Positions 1 through 10,715 are shown, counted from the first letter of the stretch. The stretch: 42,642 bases of DNA from an uncultured Vampirovibrio sp. (GCA_964643455.1 CAZXQM010000001.1:1-42642); one strand, 5' to 3'. The notes: a model not told the origin generated them from the letters alone. Numbers and translations: made by a program.

Positions 1-54
1 TAGAGCGCACCCCTGATAAGGGTGAGGTCGGTGGTTCGAGTCCACTGCGGCCCA
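1..54 (+). tRNA. tRNA-Ile(GAT), 5'-truncated by window edge
   Basis: Anticodon stem CACCC/GGGTG (8-12/20-24) with loop CTGATAA (GAT at 15-17); T-arm GGTGG-TTCGAGT-CCACT; ends GCGGCCCA; CCA not encoded. Confidence 0.95.
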
Positions 55-73
55 GTTTTAAAAAGACAATAAT

Positions 74-100
74 AGCAAGGCTTTCAGACCTTGCTTTTTT
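74..100 (+). terminator. Intrinsic terminator after tRNA-Ile
   Basis: AGCAAGG(74-80)/CCTTGCT(89-95) stem followed by T tract. Confidence 0.8.
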
Positions 101-200
101 AATGCAAATTTGGGGAAAAACTATTTTATGTAATATTTATGGACTTTTAATAAATTTCTGGGACATTAATACAGCTAGAATTTAATAAAAATTCAAACAG

Positions 201-223
201 ACAGCCGATTTGAGGCTGTTTTT
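201..223 (+). terminator. Second short hairpin, possible terminator
   Basis: ACAGCC(201-206)/GGCTGT(214-219) followed by TTTT. Confidence 0.4.
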
Positions 224-284
224 AATATTGAGATGTACCGGTCTTTTCTTGCACTCAAGTACGCACTCTTTTGCACTAATTTTC

Positions 285-311
285 TGTCACCCTGAATTTA
301 TTTCAGGGTCT
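285..311. repeat. REP-like palindromic unit TGTCACCCTGAATTTATTTCAGGGTCT
   Basis: ACCCTGAA(289-296)/TTCAGGGT(302-309) stem with a TGTC leader; resembles the GTCA(T/C)CCTGAA...TTCAGG(A/G)TCT dispersed repeats of low-GC bacteria; one copy seen here. Confidence 0.6.
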
Positions 312-429
312 AACCTGCTCACAAAGAATGTTTAAAGTCAATGCAAATAAGTGCAATTTTATTTTCGCTTGCAAATTGAGATAACCAAAATTATCAATAA
401 GATTTGGATATCATTTTTAATACCTTAAT

Positions 430-783
430 TTACTTATTTATAATTTCTACAGCTCTTACAGTTTTTCTATCATCTTTTTTGTTAATGTATTGAAATGTGC
501 CAACTTCTGCAAAGCATTCTTTTCTACTTATTTTTACAAGTTGATCATCAACATAATTATTATCTGGAGATAAAAATACCAATCTACCATTTAACTTGCA
601 AGCAGTTTTATAATCATATGAATCCCAATTAATGCGTGGACATATATGTCCTAAAACGCCATTATCTAAAACTTGTAATACTAAAAATTTTGACCCGTCT
701 GTACATGCTTCATTAGAATTTGCATAAGAAAAATTAGAACTAAATAAAAATAGAGTAGCTGCTAAATATACAAACTTTTTCAT
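430..783 (-). CDS. Hypothetical secreted protein (~117 aa)
   Basis: Sec-type signal MKKFVYLAATLFLFSSNFSYA; four Cys; ATG at 783 preceded by GAGGTG. Confidence 0.75.
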   Translation of the reverse strand: MKKFVYLAATLFLFSSNFSYANSNEACTDGSKFLVLQVLDNGVLGHICPRINWDSYDYKTACKLNGRLVFLSPDNNYVDDQLVKISRKECFAEVGTFQYINKKDDRKTVRAVEIINK

Positions 784-1274
784 AAACACCTCACTATTCT
801 GAACTTACTATAACATGAAAACAGATACCATATTTATTTTATATTTATCCCTACTTGACTTCTGTCTCAAAACGAGTGATGAATGTGTTACACCAAGCAT
901 TACAAGGATTTTGAGACTATGGAAACTTTTCATGATTTATATAAAGATTTATATAATAGTTTTGTATCTTGTTAAAATGAAATTGATCGACATTGCAAAA
1001 ACAATGAATCAATTCTAAGGTTTTATGCGCATATAAAAAATGAACTTGGAATTAAAGATTAATAGAAGATATAAAAATTTATTTTTCATTTATCAATATT
1101 ATCAAGTTTTATTTTTCCGCTCTGCCTTGTTTTTCAAACTTCCTAAAATCTTTTTGTTTAATGCGATATTTTTTACTTTTACTTATATATTTCAAAAAGT
1201 TATAATATTTGAATTTTTGTAAAATTTTGTGTATCATATTTTTGATATAAAATAACAGAAATTGATATTGAAAA

Positions 1275-1478
1275 ATGATTAGAATTAAATTGTCAGAACT
1301 ACTTGGTAAAAACAAAATGACTCGCAAGGCACTTGCTGAACTTGTAAATGTAAGGGCAAATACAATTGGTGATCTGTACAATGAAAAAACAAAACGTGTA
1401 GATTTGGAATTAATTAATAATATATGTAATGTTTTAGAATGCGATTTAACAGATTTAATAGAATATAGACGAGATTAA
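1275..1478 (+). CDS. XRE/Cro-family HTH regulator (HTH_26/YozG-like)
   Basis: 67 aa, MIRIKLSELL..MTRKALAELVNVRANTIGDLYN..ICNVLECDLTDLIEY; 34 bp upstream of hsdR. Confidence 0.9.
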   Translation: MIRIKLSELLGKNKMTRKALAELVNVRANTIGDLYNEKTKRVDLELINNICNVLECDLTDLIEYRRD

Positions 1479-1512
1479 TAATAAATATCATCAAAATTTA
1501 AAAGGTGTATGA

Positions 1513-4500
1513 ATGAAAGATGAAAAACAAATTGAATTAGATTTTATAGAAAAGTTAGAAGACTTAAAATATGTATATCGTAAAGATATAAAAGACAGAA
1601 CATCTTTAGAGACAAATTTTAGGGAACATTTTGAACGTTTAAACATGGTAAAATTGAGTGATTCTGAGTTTAACCGTTTAAAAGAAAGTATTATTGATTC
1701 AAATGTTTATGAGTCTGCAAAAATTTTAAGAAGTATAAATACACTCATTAGAGATGATGATACTCCTTTACAATATACATTAGTGAATATTAATGATTGG
1801 TGCAAAAATGAGTTCGAAATTATTAATCAATTAAGAATAAATACTGAAAATAGTAATCATCGTTATGATGTAATAATTTTAATTAATGGACTACCAATTG
1901 TCCAAGTTGAATTAAAAACACTACATATTAATCCTAAAAAAGCCATGGAACAGATTGTAAACTATAAGAATGATACTGGCAATGGTTATACAAATTCTTT
2001 ATTATGCTTCATACAATTATTTATTATTTCTAATGAAACTAAAACTTATTATTTTGCAAATAACAATAAAGAACATTTTAGTTTCAATGCTGACGAAAGA
2101 TTTTTACCAATTTACGAATTAGCAGATAAAGATAACAATAAAATTACTCACCTGAATGAATTTTCACGAAGATTTTTAGAAAAATGTACTTTAGGACAAT
2201 TAATCAGTCAGTATATGGTACTTGTTGCCAGTGAACAAAAATTAATGATAATGCGACCATATCAAATATATGCTGTTAAATCTATTATGGGTTGTATTGC
2301 TCAAAATAGAGGTAATGGATATATTTGGCACACAACAGGTAGTGGGAAAACTCTAACATCTTTTAAAGCTTCTACACTATTAAAAGAACGTCCTGAAATA
2401 GAAAAATGTTTATTTATCGTAGATAGAAAAGATTTAGACAGACAAACTCGTTTAGAATTTAATAAGTTTCAAGAAGGATGTGTTGAAGAAAATACTAATA
2501 CTGAAAACCTAGTAAAGCGTTTAGAATCAGAAGATTATAAAGACAAAGTTATAGTTGCAACAATTCAAAAATTGGGATTGGCATTGAACGACGATAGTAA
2601 ACGTAATAAAGAAAAAAAGAAAAACGGAGAATTAACTTATAAAGAGCGTCTTTCAAAATTAAGAGATAAGCGTATAGCTATTATCTTTGATGAATGTCAT
2701 CGTTCTCAATTTGGAGATTATCATGATGCGATAAAGTCGTTTTTCCCTAAAGCTCAACTTTTCGGATTTACAGGGACACCTATCTTTGAAGAAAATGCTA
2801 CATATAAACAAATTGATGGTACTATAGGCTCATACATTACAACAAAAGATGTTTTTGAAAAAGAATTACATGCTTATACAATAACAAATGCTATAGATGA
2901 TAAGAATGTTTTACCATTTAAAATAAATTATTTTACGTTATATGAGAAAGGTAAAAAAACTAATAAAAAATCTATAAAAAAAGCTATTGTCGAAACTATT
3001 CTTTCCAAACATGATGCTGCTACCAATAACAAAAGATTTAACGCAATATTTGCAACGTCATCCATAAATGATGCTATAGACTATTATCATCTATTTAAAA
3101 CAATGAAAGATGACCCAAAATATAATCGCAATAGTAAATTTTCAAAATTAAACATAGCCTGCGTTTTTTCTCCTCCTGCAGAAGGAAATAAAGATGTTCA
3201 ACAATTACAAGAAGATTTACCACAAGAATTAGAAGACAACAAGAAAAATCCTGAAGAAAAAAAAGCAGAACTAAAGCAAATTATTGATGATTATAATTAT
3301 CAATTTAATACAAATCATACAATTAATGAATTCGATTTATATTATCAAGATGTTCAAAAAAGAATTAAAGATCAACAATATTCAAACTCTGATTATCCTC
3401 ATGAAAATAAAATAGATATTACAATAGTTGTTGATATGCTTCTAACAGGCTTTGATTCAAAGTATTTAAATACTTTATACGTTGATAAAAACTTAAAACA
3501 ACATGGATTAATCCAAGCTTTTTCAAGAACTAACAGAATTCTGAATGATACAAAACCTGCAGGATTAATTTTCGATTTCAGGGGGTTAAAAACTGAAATC
3601 GACGAAGCTATTAAATTATTTTCAGGGAAAGATAATAGCAAAAGAGCTAAGGAGATTTGGCTTGTTGATCCAGCTCCAAAAGTTATTGAAAATCTAAATG
3701 AAGCGGTTGTTAAATTAGAAAAATTTATGGAATCCCAAGGCTTAGAGTGTAAGCCTGAGCAAGTAAGTAATTTAAAAGGTGACCTTGCGAGATGTGAATT
3801 CATTAATAAGTTTAAAGAAATTCAACGTTTAAAAACTCAACTGGATCAGTATGTAGATATTGATGAAGAAAATAATTCAAAAATTAATGAACTTATACCG
3901 GAAGAAACTATGCAAGCCTTTAGAGGGGTTTACCTTGAAATTGCACAAGATATAAAAAATAAACAAGATAAAAATTCTGGTGAATTACCACCTGAAGTAC
4001 AAGAAACAGATCCTGAATTCATTTTATTTGCTTCGGCACTTATTGACTATGATTACATAATGTCTCTAATTGCACAATGCACACAATCTGATACAAGCAA
4101 AAAAGAAACAATGAGTAAAAAAGAATTAATTTCTTACCTATCTTCTAGTTCAAATCTATTAGAAGAAAAAGATGATATTGTTGAATATATAAATACTCTT
4201 GAAACTGGCAAAGGAATGAGTGAAGATGCAATAAAAGCAGGATTCAAAAAGTTTAAAGACGAAAAGTCCAGCAATGAAATATTAAAAATATCACAGAAGC
4301 ACGATATTAATGTTGATATTTTGAAAAAGTTTATTGAAGAAATCATAAAGCACAATAGATTTGATGGTGAAAAATTGACCGATTTGATGGAACCGTTAGA
4401 TTTGAGTTGGCGTGAGAAAACAACAAAAGAACTTGCTTTAATGGAAGATATGGTACCTTTGCTAAAGAAAATGGCAAATGGTCAAGAAATTATTGGATTA

Positions 4501-4515
4501 AAAGCTTATGAATAA
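1513..4515 (+). CDS. hsdR: Type I restriction enzyme R subunit
   Basis: Nuclease motif RYDV..INGLPIVQVELK, Walker A WHTTGSGKT, DECHRS, FTGTP, MLLTGFD, QAFSRTNR. Confidence 0.97.
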   Translation: MKDEKQIELDFIEKLEDLKYVYRKDIKDRTSLETNFREHFERLNMVKLSDSEFNRLKESIIDSNVYESAKILRSINTLIRDDDTPLQYTLVNINDWCKNEFEIINQLRINTENSNHRYDVIILINGLPIVQVELKTLHINPKKAMEQIVNYKNDTGNGYTNSLLCFIQLFIISNETKTYYFANNNKEHFSFNADERFLPIYELADKDNNKITHLNEFSRRFLEKCTLGQLISQYMVLVASEQKLMIMRPYQIYAVKSIMGCIAQNRGNGYIWHTTGSGKTLTSFKASTLLKERPEIEKCLFIVDRKDLDRQTRLEFNKFQEGCVEENTNTENLVKRLESEDYKDKVIVATIQKLGLALNDDSKRNKEKKKNGELTYKERLSKLRDKRIAIIFDECHRSQFGDYHDAIKSFFPKAQLFGFTGTPIFEENATYKQIDGTIGSYITTKDVFEKELHAYTITNAIDDKNVLPFKINYFTLYEKGKKTNKKSIKKAIVETILSKHDAATNNKRFNAIFATSSINDAIDYYHLFKTMKDDPKYNRNSKFSKLNIACVFSPPAEGNKDVQQLQEDLPQELEDNKKNPEEKKAELKQIIDDYNYQFNTNHTINEFDLYYQDVQKRIKDQQYSNSDYPHENKIDITIVVDMLLTGFDSKYLNTLYVDKNLKQHGLIQAFSRTNRILNDTKPAGLIFDFRGLKTEIDEAIKLFSGKDNSKRAKEIWLVDPAPKVIENLNEAVVKLEKFMESQGLECKPEQVSNLKGDLARCEFINKFKEIQRLKTQLDQYVDIDEENNSKINELIPEETMQAFRGVYLEIAQDIKNKQDKNSGELPPEVQETDPEFILFASALIDYDYIMSLIAQCTQSDTSKKETMSKKELISYLSSSSNLLEEKDDIVEYINTLETGKGMSEDAIKAGFKKFKDEKSSNEILKISQKHDINVDILKKFIEEIIKHNRFDGEKLTDLMEPLDLSWREKTTKELALMEDMVPLLKKMANGQEIIGLKAYE

Positions 4516-5794
4516 TAAAATTGTTGAACCTGAACTAAGATTTTCAGAATTTAAAAACAAATATAAAAAGATAAAATTTATAGACGTCGCTGATAAAAAT
4601 AAACGTTGGAGTTTTACTGGTGGTCCATTTGGTTCAGATTTGCAATCTTCAGATTATACAAATAAAGGTATCAGGATTATTCAGCTTCAAAATATAGGAG
4701 ATGGTTTTTTTGATAATTTATATAAAATATATACATCTGAAGCAAAAGCAGAACAGTTAAAAAGCTGTAATATTTATTCGGGAGATATTCTTTTATCAAA
4801 GATGGGGGATCCTGTCGGGAGGTCCTGCATTGTTCCGGCATATGAAGATAGATACGTAATGTGCTCAGATGGAATACGTGTTGTTGTTGATGAACAAATA
4901 TACAACAAATACTATATTTATTATTTAATTAATACTCGATTTATCCGTAAGAATATAGAAAGAATAGCAACAGGTTCTACAAGAAAACGTGTTGGATTGG
5001 AAGATTTAAAAAGTATTAATCTTATAATAACTAAAGATATAGGTGAACAAAATAAAATTGCAGAATGCTTAAATTCTATTGATGAATTGATTGCAGGTGA
5101 GGAAGAAAAATTAATTGAACTAAAAAATCACAAAAAAGGCCTCTTGCAAAAATTATTTCCTAAAAAAAATTCTTCAACTCCCGAGTTAAGATTTCCAGAA
5201 TTTAAAGAGGAATGGAAAAGCATAAAATTAGAAAATATTAGTACTTATCAAAATGGTATTTCATACGAATATCAAATTGATGATAAAGGAAAATTTTACT
5301 TAATAACTCTTAATAGCCTTGATATTGAAGGTAATTTAAAACAAGAGCATAAAAAAATAAATAACCCAGAGTGGATTTTAAATAAAGACGATTTAGTTAT
5401 GGTGCTAAGCGATGTTGCTCACGGAAATTTTTTAGGTTTAACAGATATAATTCCCGAGAATAGGAAATACGTACTTAATCAGCGAATGGCTCTATTGAGG
5501 ATAGAAAAGACTTATAATATAAAATTTGTAAGATATTATATAAATCAGAATCAACAATATTTTAAATCAGTTGGACAAGGATCAAGCCAAAAAAACTTAG
5601 CTAAAGATGCTATTTTAAACTTTGATATATTAAATCCATCAAAAAAAGAACAAGATAAAATAGCGGAATGCATAAGTTCTATTGATGAATTGATATCTGC
5701 ACAAGCAGAAAAAATTGAAGTTTTAAAATTTCATAAAAAAGGTTTAATGCAAGGTCTATTCCCATCTTTAGAGGAGGTTAAAGATGAGTATTGA
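4508..5794 (+). CDS. hsdS: Type I R-M specificity subunit
   Basis: Two TRDs with repeated conserved regions PELRF(S/P)EFK and EQxKIAECxxSIDELI...HKKGL(L/M)QxLFP; overlaps hsdR stop. Confidence 0.95.
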   Translation: MNNKIVEPELRFSEFKNKYKKIKFIDVADKNKRWSFTGGPFGSDLQSSDYTNKGIRIIQLQNIGDGFFDNLYKIYTSEAKAEQLKSCNIYSGDILLSKMGDPVGRSCIVPAYEDRYVMCSDGIRVVVDEQIYNKYYIYYLINTRFIRKNIERIATGSTRKRVGLEDLKSINLIITKDIGEQNKIAECLNSIDELIAGEEEKLIELKNHKKGLLQKLFPKKNSSTPELRFPEFKEEWKSIKLENISTYQNGISYEYQIDDKGKFYLITLNSLDIEGNLKQEHKKINNPEWILNKDDLVMVLSDVAHGNFLGLTDIIPENRKYVLNQRMALLRIEKTYNIKFVRYYINQNQQYFKSVGQGSSQKNLAKDAILNFDILNPSKKEQDKIAECISSIDELISAQAEKIEVLKFHKKGLMQGLFPSLEEVKDEY

Positions 5795-6917
5795 TAAAAT
5801 TAAAACATATGATTCTTTACAAGATATAGCAAAATCTTTAAAAAAAGAGTTAGCAAGTAAAAAATACGTGTTGATATTTGCTTATAACGGAACGGGGAAA
5901 ACAAGACTATCTTGCGAATTTAAAAATATAGCAAAATCAAGTTCCAGAGCAAATACTAAAGGTGACACACTTTATTACAATGCTTTTACTGAAGATTTAT
6001 TTAATTGGAATAATGACCTAGAAAATGATACAGAAAGAGTTTTGCACATAAATAAGGACTCCAGATTTTTTGAAGGTCTTAGAGATTTATCAATGGAGGA
6101 GAAAATTCGCAAATTTTTAAATGTTTATGCTGATTTTGACTTTACGATTGATTATGATAAATGGGTAGTTGCTTTTTCTAGAAAAATAAAAGTTGATGAT
6201 TCTGAGAAAACACTAGATAATATAAAAATTTCAAGGGCTGAAGAATATATATTTATATGGTGCTTTTTCCTTGCTATAGTACAACTTGTAATCGATAAAC
6301 ACGATTCATATGATTGGGTTAAATATATTTACATTGATGATCCTATTTCATCATTAGATGATAACAATGCCATTTTGGTGGGAAGCCAATTAGCACAATT
6401 ATTAAAAGAGCATGAAGATTTAAAAGTAGTAATATCAACACATCACTCATTATTTTTTAATGTAATGTATAACGAATTTAAAAAAGAAAAAGGTAAAGAT
6501 TATATGTTAATCAAAGACGTTGAAAATTCTAAATACATTACAAGAGATATTGGCGATACTCCGTTTTTTTATCATGTTTCACTTCTTAAGGAACTAAAAA
6601 AAGCTGTAGCTTCTGGGCAATTATATACTTATCATTTTAATATTTTGCGAAATATATTAGAAAAAACGGCTTCTTTCCATGGATATAACAATTTTGGAGA
6701 TTGCTTAAAAGAAATTAATCCTCATATTGATGATAGTACTTATATTCGTTATGTGAACATTTTAAGTCATGGTAACTATTCTCTATATGAGCCTAAAGTC
6801 ATGGTAGATGATAATAAAAAAATTTTTAAAGATATGCTTGAACATTTTTTTGAAGTATATAGATATAATCAGGACTTATTTAAAGATTTAGATGAGGCAG
6901 GTGAAGTAGATGAATAA
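5784..6917 (+). CDS. prrC: PrrC-type anticodon nuclease (ABC ATPase + HEPN)
   Basis: Walker A AYNGTGKT, YYNAFTEDLFxWxND, PrrC box ISRAEEYIFIW, Walker B DDPISSLD, STHH, C-terminal LRNILEK and RYVNILSH; embedded in hsd operon. Confidence 0.9.
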   Translation: MSIDKIKTYDSLQDIAKSLKKELASKKYVLIFAYNGTGKTRLSCEFKNIAKSSSRANTKGDTLYYNAFTEDLFNWNNDLENDTERVLHINKDSRFFEGLRDLSMEEKIRKFLNVYADFDFTIDYDKWVVAFSRKIKVDDSEKTLDNIKISRAEEYIFIWCFFLAIVQLVIDKHDSYDWVKYIYIDDPISSLDDNNAILVGSQLAQLLKEHEDLKVVISTHHSLFFNVMYNEFKKEKGKDYMLIKDVENSKYITRDIGDTPFFYHVSLLKELKKAVASGQLYTYHFNILRNILEKTASFHGYNNFGDCLKEINPHIDDSTYIRYVNILSHGNYSLYEPKVMVDDNKKIFKDMLEHFFEVYRYNQDLFKDLDEAGEVDE

Positions 6918-8670
6918 TACACAACAAAAAGAATTAGGAAAGACGTTATGGAACATTGCTGACAAATTAAGAGGAGCAATGAATGCGGACGATTTTCGTG
7001 ATTATATGCTTTCATTCCTTTTTTTGCGTTATTTATCCGATAACTATGAAACTGCGGCAAAAAAAGAATTGGGAAAAGATTATACAATTTGTGAAACGAA
7101 ACTAAATAAGGTTTTTAACGACAATGAATATGATGAACTTATAAAAAAATTAAAAGATAAAATCAAAGATTATTATAAAAAACAAAACCTTAATAAAAAT
7201 GAAATGGAGCAAAAAATTCAAGAAGTAAGTGAAATGCTTCAAAGTAGTAAAATTACTCCATTCATTCTATGGTATATAAAAAATTTAGAGTATGTTAATG
7301 ATTTTGAAAAACAGATGAAACGCAAAGTTCATTTTATTATAAGACCTAATTATTTGTGGAGTAATATTTACGAACTTGCAAGAACACAAAATAAATTTTT
7401 ATTATCTACCCTGCAAAAAGGTTTTAAGTTTATTGAAAATGAATCTTTTGATAGTAAGTTTAAAGGTTTATTTTCTGAAGTTAACCTTGATTCTGAAAAA
7501 TTAGGAAAAAATTATGAAGCCAGAAATGAAAAATTATGTTCTATAATTACAGAAATTGCAAATGGTTTATCTGAATTTCCGAATGATAGTGATATCTTGG
7601 GAGATGCTTATGAATATTTAATTGGTCAATTTGCAGCAGGATCCGGCAAAAAGGCTGGGGAATTCTATACTCCTCAACAAATATCAACAATATTGTCAAA
7701 TATTGTTACTCTAGATTGTCAAGAGCCGAGGACAGGTAAAAAATCATATTTAAGAAACGTATTAGATTTTGCTTGTGGCTCTGGATCTTTATTAATAAAT
7801 GTAAGGAAACAAATGGGGCCAAATAATATAGGGCAAATTTATGGGCAAGAGAAAAATATTACAACGTATAACTTAGCAAGAATGAATATGTTATTGCATG
7901 GATTAAAAGATTCCGAATTCCAAATTTTTCATGGTGATTCTTTGTTGAATGACTGGGATATTTTAAATGAAATGAACCCTGCCAAGAAGATTGAATTTGA
8001 TGCAGTTGTTGCAAATCCTCCTTTTAGTTATAGATGGGAACCAAACGAATCTCTTGCAGAAGATTTTCGATTTAAAAATTATGGGCTTGCACCGAAATCA
8101 GCAGCAGATTTTGCGTTTTTGCTTCATGGTTTTCATTTTTTAAGTGATTGTGGAACTATGGCAGTAATACTACCTCATGGCGTTTTATTTAGAGGTGGAG
8201 CAGAGGAAAAAATAAGAACAAAATTACTTAAGGACAGAAATATTGATTCAGTAATAGGTTTGCCTCCAAATTTATTTTTCTCAACAGGAATTCCGGTCTG
8301 TATTTTAGTTTTGAAAAAATGCAAAAAATTTGATGATGTATTATTCATTAATGCTAGTGATCCAAAATATTATAATAAAGGAAAACGTCAAAATTATCTT
8401 GCTGATGAACATATAATGAAAATAATTGATACTTATCAATACAGAAAAGAAGATGATAAAAAATATTCTCGCAGGGTTTCTATGGCTGAAATTGAAAAAA
8501 ATAATTTCAACCTAAATATTTCAAGATATGTAAGTAATTTAGCAGAAGAAGAAATCATTAATCTTTCTGAAGTCAAAAAGAAGCTTGATTTAATTGAGGA
8601 TAAAATCAGTATATCAAAAGCCAAACATAATCAATTTTTAAAGGAATTGGGATTACCAGAATTAAAATAG
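6910..8670 (+). CDS. hsdM: Type I R-M methyltransferase subunit (m6A)
   Basis: LWNIADKLRG, GEFYTP, DFACGSG, NPPF catalytic motif, LPHGVLFRG. Confidence 0.97.
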   Translation: MNNTQQKELGKTLWNIADKLRGAMNADDFRDYMLSFLFLRYLSDNYETAAKKELGKDYTICETKLNKVFNDNEYDELIKKLKDKIKDYYKKQNLNKNEMEQKIQEVSEMLQSSKITPFILWYIKNLEYVNDFEKQMKRKVHFIIRPNYLWSNIYELARTQNKFLLSTLQKGFKFIENESFDSKFKGLFSEVNLDSEKLGKNYEARNEKLCSIITEIANGLSEFPNDSDILGDAYEYLIGQFAAGSGKKAGEFYTPQQISTILSNIVTLDCQEPRTGKKSYLRNVLDFACGSGSLLINVRKQMGPNNIGQIYGQEKNITTYNLARMNMLLHGLKDSEFQIFHGDSLLNDWDILNEMNPAKKIEFDAVVANPPFSYRWEPNESLAEDFRFKNYGLAPKSAADFAFLLHGFHFLSDCGTMAVILPHGVLFRGGAEEKIRTKLLKDRNIDSVIGLPPNLFFSTGIPVCILVLKKCKKFDDVLFINASDPKYYNKGKRQNYLADEHIMKIIDTYQYRKEDDKKYSRRVSMAEIEKNNFNLNISRYVSNLAEEEIINLSEVKKKLDLIEDKISISKAKHNQFLKELGLPELK

Positions 8671-8675
8671 TATAA

Positions 8676-9000
8676 ATGAGCGAAGTAGAAAATTTTATAT
8701 ATCGTTACAGATCTATAGAAAAAATATTTCAATTTAGAGAACTAGAAAATTCAGAATTTCTAAGCCAGATGAATTAAATGATCAAAAATTATATGAATAT
8801 CATTTGGCAAGGTGATGAGGTTGCTTTTAAAGGTTTATTTAAACATTATTTGTATACTATTAGCCAATTATTATAATTGCTACTTTAATTAAACCTGATA
8901 AAAATTTAGACAAATATAATCTGCCTATTTTTATACAATATAAAGATTTGTCTTTACCATTTATGCAAACAACTTTTAAAGAAATTTATGAAAAATTTTA
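8676..9000 (+). pseudogene. Frameshifted 5' remnant of a DUF2971-like gene
   Basis: Pieces in alternating frames: MSEVENFIYRYRSIEKIFQFRELENSEF / SKPDELND / YMNIIWQGDEVAFKGLFKHYL / IATLIKPD...; matches the YRxR..ELEN..F..P..LND...WQGD...LFKHYL pattern I recall for this family. Confidence 0.6.
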
Positions 9001-9466
9001 TTCTGTATTTGACTATCTTTATAAATGTTATGAACAAAGAAAAAACGAACTTTTAAGAAAGTATAAGAAAGTATCCCAGTATGATAGTGAAAATTTGATG
9101 TATATTTTTATTAATAAAATTTTAAACCAATATTATAAAAAACAATTTGATATTGCGGTGCATATTCAATTAAAAACTATTATCAAAGACTCATCATTAT
9201 TAACTTCTGATAGAGAAAAACAATATGTGTTTAATGATTTAACCCATATTGATTTTGTTATTTACAAGACTATAGATAATTCACCGTTTTTGGCGATAGA
9301 AGTGGATGGGTATAAGTATCACAAAGACGGTTCAATGCAAGCGGTGCGAGATCAATTAAAAAATGAAATTCTGCGAAAATATGGTATTCCTTTGTTAAGA
9401 TTTAAAACTAATGGCAGTAATGAAAAGGAAATTTTAATTAAGACTATTAATGATATGATTTCCTGA
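8948..9466 (+). pseudogene. 3' fragment of an SF1 helicase-DUF2726 (very-short-patch-like nuclease) gene
   Basis: SVFDYLY..YDSENLMY..THIDFVIY..LAIEVDGYKYH..RDQLKNEILRKYGIPLLRFKTNGS is the C-terminal part typical of AAA_12+DUF2726 proteins; no helicase motifs; weak TTG start, no SD. Confidence 0.65.
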
Positions 9467-9574
9467 GCAGTAATTATTTTTTATTTTCATTTCGTTATGC
9501 TTTATTTCAGATGAAAGTTCACCAAATTCCCCCTCGGTTTAACTATTAATACTTCTCTTTTTTATGTTCTTATT

Positions 9575-10702
<1,128 letters not shown>

Positions 10703-10715
10703 ATATTAAGCTCCT

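Noticed and set aside
1..54. tRNA-Ile as part of an rRNA operon spacer
   Set aside because: Followed by a terminator and island DNA, not tRNA-Ala or 23S; upstream context is outside the window
815..1381. ORFs 815-1018, 1040-1222 and 1109-1381
   Set aside because: Low-complexity AT-rich translations without SD, or antisense to the XRE gene
4508..5794. Phase-variable hsdS shufflon
   Set aside because: Single hsdS; no silent TRD copies or invertase; the internal repeats are the normal conserved regions
5784..6917. RloC or generic AAA protein instead of PrrC
   Set aside because: 377 aa with no coiled-coil/zinc-hook insert; the PrrC-specific YYNAFTEDLF and PrrC box are present
9514..9545. GTTCACCAAATTCCCCCTCGG as a possible attR (tRNA or tmRNA 3'-end copy)
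   Set aside because: Does not match the tRNA-Ile 3' end at 31-54; similarity to T-arm sequences is too weak
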